DNA of 64,000 nucleotides from Candidatus Aminicenantes bacterium (GTDB taxonomy: Bacteria > Acidobacteriota > Aminicenantia > Aminicenantales > Aminicenantaceae): assembly GCA_041686095.1 (NCBI GenBank), contig JAWLEN010000001.1, positions 35,471-99,470 of the forward strand, given 5' to 3'. The notes beneath the pieces are model-generated. The model searched no databases and had not been told where the DNA came from. It was given only the letters and a program-made list of their open reading frames with translations. Position numbers and translations under genes: made by a program. Below, one piece after another: positions 59,857 through 64,000 of the stretch (positions within the stretch are counted from its first letter, which is position 1; the number at the start of each line of letters is the position of its first letter).

Positions 59857-60753
59857 ATGACCTCAAACCATCAAATAGGTTCTGATTACGAATCAAACGT
59901 AAGAAGAATCTCCATCATAGGCTTGATTGTTAACATTTTCCTTTTCATAATAAAATTATTATTGGGTATATTTGGTCAAAGTCAGGCTTTGACAGCTGAT
60001 GCCTTTCACTCTCTATCGGATTTCACAACAGATATCTCTATTATATTAGGTGTAAAGTTCTGGTCAAAACCACCTGATGAACGCCATCCTTACGGACACA
60101 GGAGGATTGAAACCATCATAACCATAATCATATGCGTTATTTTGCTTATTGCTGCTTTTTCCTTGGGATATAATGCCATTTTAAGCCTCAAAGGAGAATC
60201 CAAAGGGCCTCCTCAATTCATCGCTTTTATAGGAGCTCTGATATCTATTATTTCCAAGGAAATTCTCTATAGATTGACTTTAAAAACAGGAAAAAAAGAA
60301 AAGTCAAAAGCCCTTATTGCCAATGCTTGGCATCACCGGACAGATGCCTTAAGTTCCATCCCGGTTGGAGTGGCTATTCTGGTTACTCTCATCGATGAAA
60401 AATTAGCCTTTTTAGACCAGGTGACAGCCCTTTTAGTCTCATTTTTTATTCTCTATGCAGCCTATAAACTTTTCAAACCTTCATTATTGGAGATCATAGG
60501 AACAGGACTTTCAGAAAAAAACAAAAAATTTATTAAGTCACTAATCCACTCCGTCGAAGAAGTCAAATCCGTTCATGCAGTCAGGAGTCGGCAGATGGGC
60601 TCAGGATGGTTTGTTGACCTTCACATCCAAGTTGATGCGAACATGACCGTTGAGAAAGGCCATAAAGTGGTAGAATCTGTAAAAAAAGTCCTCTTAGAAA
60701 AAGGTCCAGAGATCATAGATGTGGTGGTGCATATTGAACCATACAAGAAATAG
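59857..60753 (+). CDS. Cation diffusion facilitator (CDF) family metal efflux transporter
   Basis: 6 TM helices; HSLSDFTTD and AWHHRTDAL metal-binding motifs; cytoplasmic C-terminal domain. Confidence 0.75.
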   Translation: MTSNHQIGSDYESNVRRISIIGLIVNIFLFIIKLLLGIFGQSQALTADAFHSLSDFTTDISIILGVKFWSKPPDERHPYGHRRIETIITIIICVILLIAAFSLGYNAILSLKGESKGPPQFIAFIGALISIISKEILYRLTLKTGKKEKSKALIANAWHHRTDALSSIPVGVAILVTLIDEKLAFLDQVTALLVSFFILYAAYKLFKPSLLEIIGTGLSEKNKKFIKSLIHSVEEVKSVHAVRSRQMGSGWFVDLHIQVDANMTVEKGHKVVESVKKVLLEKGPEIIDVVVHIEPYKK

Positions 60754-60767
60754 TCCGAGAGAGAAGA

Positions 60768-61505
60768 TTATTTAAGGTCTCTTATGCGGACTTCAATTTC
60801 CTCAACTTCCTTAAGGAGTTCCACCAGTTTTTGAGGATCTGTATTACCATAATGATAAGGATAGAGGATTTGCGGCATGAAAGATTTGGCTGCATCAGCC
60901 ACCATTTCCGGTGTCATGGTGTAGGGAAGATTCATGGGCAAAAAGGCAATATTTATATCATTTAAAGATTTCATTTCTGGAATGTTCTCTGTGTCCCCGG
61001 CAATATAGACTCTTTTATCTCCCAACTCTAAAATATAACCATTGCCTTCACCTTTAACATGATAAGGTGTGTTTTCGCTCCTCATGTGCTCGATATTATA
61101 AGCGGGGATGGCTTTTATTTTGATTCCTTTGACTTCTTTTTCATCCCCGTTATGCATCACGATTCCTCTGTCAAACTGCTCCAAGCATTTTTCAGCCAGC
61201 ACCACTTTGGTTTCTTCACCGCATATCATATTCAAGACCTCTGGATCCAGATGGTCTCCATGATGATGGGTGATGAGAACAAGGTCAGCTTTGGGCATTT
61301 GACTGTAATCAGCGTATCGACCCACTGGGTCTATATGGATGATTTTTCCATCAAATTCAAACATCAAGGTTCCGTGTCCTATAAATGTCATCTTGAGATC
61401 GCCTTCTGAAGTTGGAATAATATCCTGTTCAAAGTCCTGATCAGCGTGAAGTCCTAAAAAACAGAAGATTGTAAAAAAAACGATAAAAAAAGTGATTCTA
61501 GACAT
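60768..61505 (-). CDS. MBL-fold metallo-hydrolase with signal peptide
   Basis: HHHGDH motif and an N-terminal hydrophobic signal. Confidence 0.65.
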   Translation of the reverse strand: MSRITFFIVFFTIFCFLGLHADQDFEQDIIPTSEGDLKMTFIGHGTLMFEFDGKIIHIDPVGRYADYSQMPKADLVLITHHHGDHLDPEVLNMICGEETKVVLAEKCLEQFDRGIVMHNGDEKEVKGIKIKAIPAYNIEHMRSENTPYHVKGEGNGYILELGDKRVYIAGDTENIPEMKSLNDINIAFLPMNLPYTMTPEMVADAAKSFMPQILYPYHYGNTDPQKLVELLKEVEEIEVRIRDLK

Positions 61506-61624
61506 AATTTCCTCCCTTTATTCCCACAATTTTCAAATATATTATGATCACTTTAGCCATATGAATTAGCATTTATATTTTAAAAAATAAAAACTTCTAT
61601 TTCAAGAGTGTTATAACTATATAT

Positions 61625-62785
61625 TCACTTTTGGGATTCGGCGATTTCTTTAACCGCTGTAACCGCTTTTTCAATATGTTCCTCTGTATTAAAAGGGCCC
61701 ACAGCAAAACGGACCGCTCCCTGGGTATTCGCTGTTTTGATCTGTTGATGCACCAATGGAGCGCAATGAAGACCGGCGCGACAAGCTATGTTGAAGTCTG
61801 TATCAAGCTTAGCTCCTACGTCCAAAGCCTTGGAACCCTTTATGCTAAAAAGGAGGAGGGAAATATGATTATTGAGATCGTTCTGGCAGTAAAGGGTCAC
61901 TCCTTTGACTTCTCTAAGTCCATCTCTGAGTTTTTTTATGAGATTCATCTCATGTCTGTGTAATTCATCCAGGCCTTTTTCAAGCACCCAAGTTAACCCT
62001 GCATAAAGACCAGCCACACCCAATGTATTCAATGTTCCGTACTCCAGCCGGTATGGATATTCATCCAGATGTGTTCTTTCTGCTGAACGAATCCCTGTCC
62101 CCCCGGCCCGAGTATGCCTAATTTTGACCCCTTCTTTCACGTAAAGCCCTCCTATTCCTGTGGGACCAAGAAAAGATTTGTGTCCAGTAAAAGCCACCAC
62201 ATCCACATTCAAATCTTGAATATCAATAGGGATCTTCCCTGCAGACTGAGAAGAATCAATCACAAACGGAATTCCTGCTTCTCTGCAGTACCGCCCAATT
62301 TCTCGGATAGGTTGAATAGTTCCCAGAACATTGGAAGCGTGGTTAACCACCACTAGTTCGGTGTTTTTCTTGAACTTTTTAGGGAAATCATCAGGGTCAA
62401 CAAATCCATTCTTATCAAAACCAATATAATCGACTTCGACTCCATTGTATTTCTGAAGATGGTAAAGAGGCCGCAGTACAGAATTATGTTCAAGAGTAGT
62501 GGTGACTGCATGAGCACCTTTTTTTAACATTCCGAAAATAACTAAATTTAACGCATCTGTGGAATTATAAGAAAAACACAATCGGTTGGGGTTTTTTCCA
62601 TTAAAATATTGAGTGAGAAGTCTGCGCGTTTTTTCAACGATTTCTCCAGCTTCCAGGCACAAGTCAAATCCTGACCGCCCTGGATTGCCACCAAAATTCC
62701 TATAGAAATGATCCATAAAATTGTAAACTTCATCTGGTTTTGGATAAGAGGTGGAGCCGTTATCCAAATATATCAGGTTATCCAT
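61625..62785 (-). CDS. Class V aminotransferase / cysteine-desulfurase-family protein
   Basis: IYLDNGSTSYP N-terminus, TGHKSFLGPTGIGGL PLP-Lys motif. Confidence 0.7.
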   Translation of the reverse strand: MDNLIYLDNGSTSYPKPDEVYNFMDHFYRNFGGNPGRSGFDLCLEAGEIVEKTRRLLTQYFNGKNPNRLCFSYNSTDALNLVIFGMLKKGAHAVTTTLEHNSVLRPLYHLQKYNGVEVDYIGFDKNGFVDPDDFPKKFKKNTELVVVNHASNVLGTIQPIREIGRYCREAGIPFVIDSSQSAGKIPIDIQDLNVDVVAFTGHKSFLGPTGIGGLYVKEGVKIRHTRAGGTGIRSAERTHLDEYPYRLEYGTLNTLGVAGLYAGLTWVLEKGLDELHRHEMNLIKKLRDGLREVKGVTLYCQNDLNNHISLLLFSIKGSKALDVGAKLDTDFNIACRAGLHCAPLVHQQIKTANTQGAVRFAVGPFNTEEHIEKAVTAVKEIAESQK

Positions 62786-62960
62786 TTGTAAGCTCCCTGT
62801 GTTTGAAGAATAAATGATATAATTAGACTATACTCATAGAAAATCATGTATATTAAATTACAATTAACTTGAGTTTAAATCAACATTTTTTAACATAAAT
62901 TGACATGAGTCGATGTTATGCATTAAAATTTATAAACTCTTAAAATATAAGGAGGTTGGG

Positions 62961-63320
62961 ATGGCTTTAAAAGCCATTTTTCGTTTTATAAATATTTTTC
63001 TTGTTTCTCTTCTCCTGTTTTTTATAAACTCTGGTGTCTCTGAAAACCACTATCATATCCTCATAAAAAACGGGACCATTATAGATGGAACAGGAAAGCC
63101 CTCCTTTATCTCAGATATCGGAATATCAGGTAGAAAGATAGTTAAAATAGGCTCCATCAAAGCCTCTGAAGCAACTGAAATCATTGATGCCCAAGGTCTT
63201 ATAGTTGCTCCTGGATTTATTACAGCTACCAGCTCTGGATTTTCCAGCAGTTTTCCTTCCTGGGCATTTGAGGGAGGAACAAAAAGATTTCTACAGAGAC
63301 CGGCAAACTACCAGGAATAA
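62961..63320 (+). pseudogene. Truncated N-terminal fragment of a D-aminoacylase-type amidohydrolase (signal peptide + first ~90 aa of the beta-sandwich only)
   Basis: HYHILIKNGTIIDGTGKPSFISDIGISGRKIV...AQGLIVAPGFI matches the N-terminus of N-acyl-D-amino-acid deacylases (about 500 aa), but the ORF stops after 119 aa. It is preceded by TTGACA-N18-TAAAAT and an AAGGAGG RBS. Confidence 0.5.
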
Positions 63321-63349
63321 TCATTTACGGCCCTGGTAAAGGAGAATGA

Positions 63350-63703
63350 ATGATGATCAAAAAGAGAGACAATGAAATCAAAATAGAACATTTGGAAGAT
63401 GAAAATGTTCATAATGTTCAGAAAAAAGTTTTGATTGGTCCTGAAGATGGATCTAACAATATCATTATGAGGCGTTTTACAGTCACTTCTGGAGGATCCA
63501 CTCCTCATCACACTCATGACTTTGAACATGTGGTCAGAATAGAAAAAGGCAAGGGTATAGTCATTAATGAATCCGGTGAAGAAATCATTATCTCTAAAGG
63601 AGATAGTGTTTTTATAAACAATAATGAGAAACATCAATTCAAGAATCCATATAAAAAACCGCTCGAATTTCTCTGCATTATTCTTAATCAGGAGCCTTCT
63701 TAG
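63350..63703 (+). CDS. Cupin domain protein
   Basis: 117 aa with two-His cupin motifs (GGSTPHHTHDFEHVV; EKHQFKN). Confidence 0.6.
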   Translation: MMIKKRDNEIKIEHLEDENVHNVQKKVLIGPEDGSNNIIMRRFTVTSGGSTPHHTHDFEHVVRIEKGKGIVINESGEEIIISKGDSVFINNNEKHQFKNPYKKPLEFLCIILNQEPS

Positions 63704-63777
63704 ATAATTTATGTTTAAAATCCAGGCTGACCAGGAATCAAATTGAAAATCCATAATAAATTCAGGATGTAACCATA

Positions 63778-64000
63778 TGAAAAAAAGACTAAATAAAGCT
63801 ATAGAATTTTTACTAGCCAGAGGAAATCTTCCTATTTTATACTGGTTAAAAAAAGATATTTTGGAAGTCCCCATAGACCGGGAATACAAGAACCTTAAAA
63901 AATATGCGTCACGAATTCGAATATTAAATGAGCAAAGGCCTAACGGAGGATGGTGTGAAAAAAAATATTCAAACAATCCCAAATGGGAAAAAACTCATTA
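63778..64000 (+). CDS. Partial ORF (3' end beyond window); possible prenyltransferase/terpene-cyclase-type alpha-toroid repeat protein
   Basis: Frame open to the window end. QRPNGGW resembles a QW / PFTB repeat motif. Very short sample. Confidence 0.25.

Noticed and set aside
63308-63982. 224-aa minus-strand ORF overlapping the cupin gene and the partial downstream gene
   Set aside because: It is antisense to two better-supported genes, Phe/Ile-rich and low-complexity, with no recognisable domain. A spurious AT-rich antisense ORF.
1-64000. Prophage, integron, CRISPR-Cas or known defence-system genes (RM, Abi, retron, CBASS)
   Set aside because: No integrase, recombinase, reverse transcriptase, cas, nuclease-methylase pair or phage structural genes are recognisable. 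Mobile DNA is limited to the two non-autonomous repeat families.

Overview
This looks like a compact, low-GC (about 37%) bacterial chromosomal segment. I call about 58 protein-coding genes, one tRNA-Asn(GTT), and two families of dispersed palindromic repeats that resemble MITEs. There are no rRNA genes, CRISPR arrays or prophage genes. Housekeeping content includes a dnaK-dnaJ-hspR-sigma-dnaC-like operon with a near-consensus promoter and a rho-independent terminator just upstream, metK and ahcY, asnS, the rimO-pgpA-cinA-thpR-plsY-gpsA operon, a nifS-serA-serC-like operon, and purO with an AICARFT-only purH. The start of the window is a hydantoin / N-carbamoyl-amino-acid-type catabolic cluster: a C-N hydrolase fragment, an Asp/Glu/hydantoin racemase, hyuA/hyuB, a permease and Nramp. 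The most unusual region is a tightly packed eight-gene block on the minus strand (14.1-22.7 kb). In it an RsbW-like anti-sigma kinase and a STAS anti-sigma antagonist bracket sat-cysC (APS/PAPS synthesis). These are followed by a nucleotide-translocase-like membrane domain fused to HEAT repeats, two signal-peptide-bearing M16 peptidase homologs that both lack the HxxEH zinc motif, and a macro-domain protein. Other points are a PAS-GGDEF protein with a degenerate GGDEF motif, an HTH-ImmA metallopeptidase fusion, a membrane-anchored RdhA/QueG-like Fe-S protein beside a Tat-exported class V aminotransferase, and a truncated D-aminoacylase fragment that keeps its own promoter and RBS. All protein-family calls rest on motif and architecture recognition by eye and are not database-verified.
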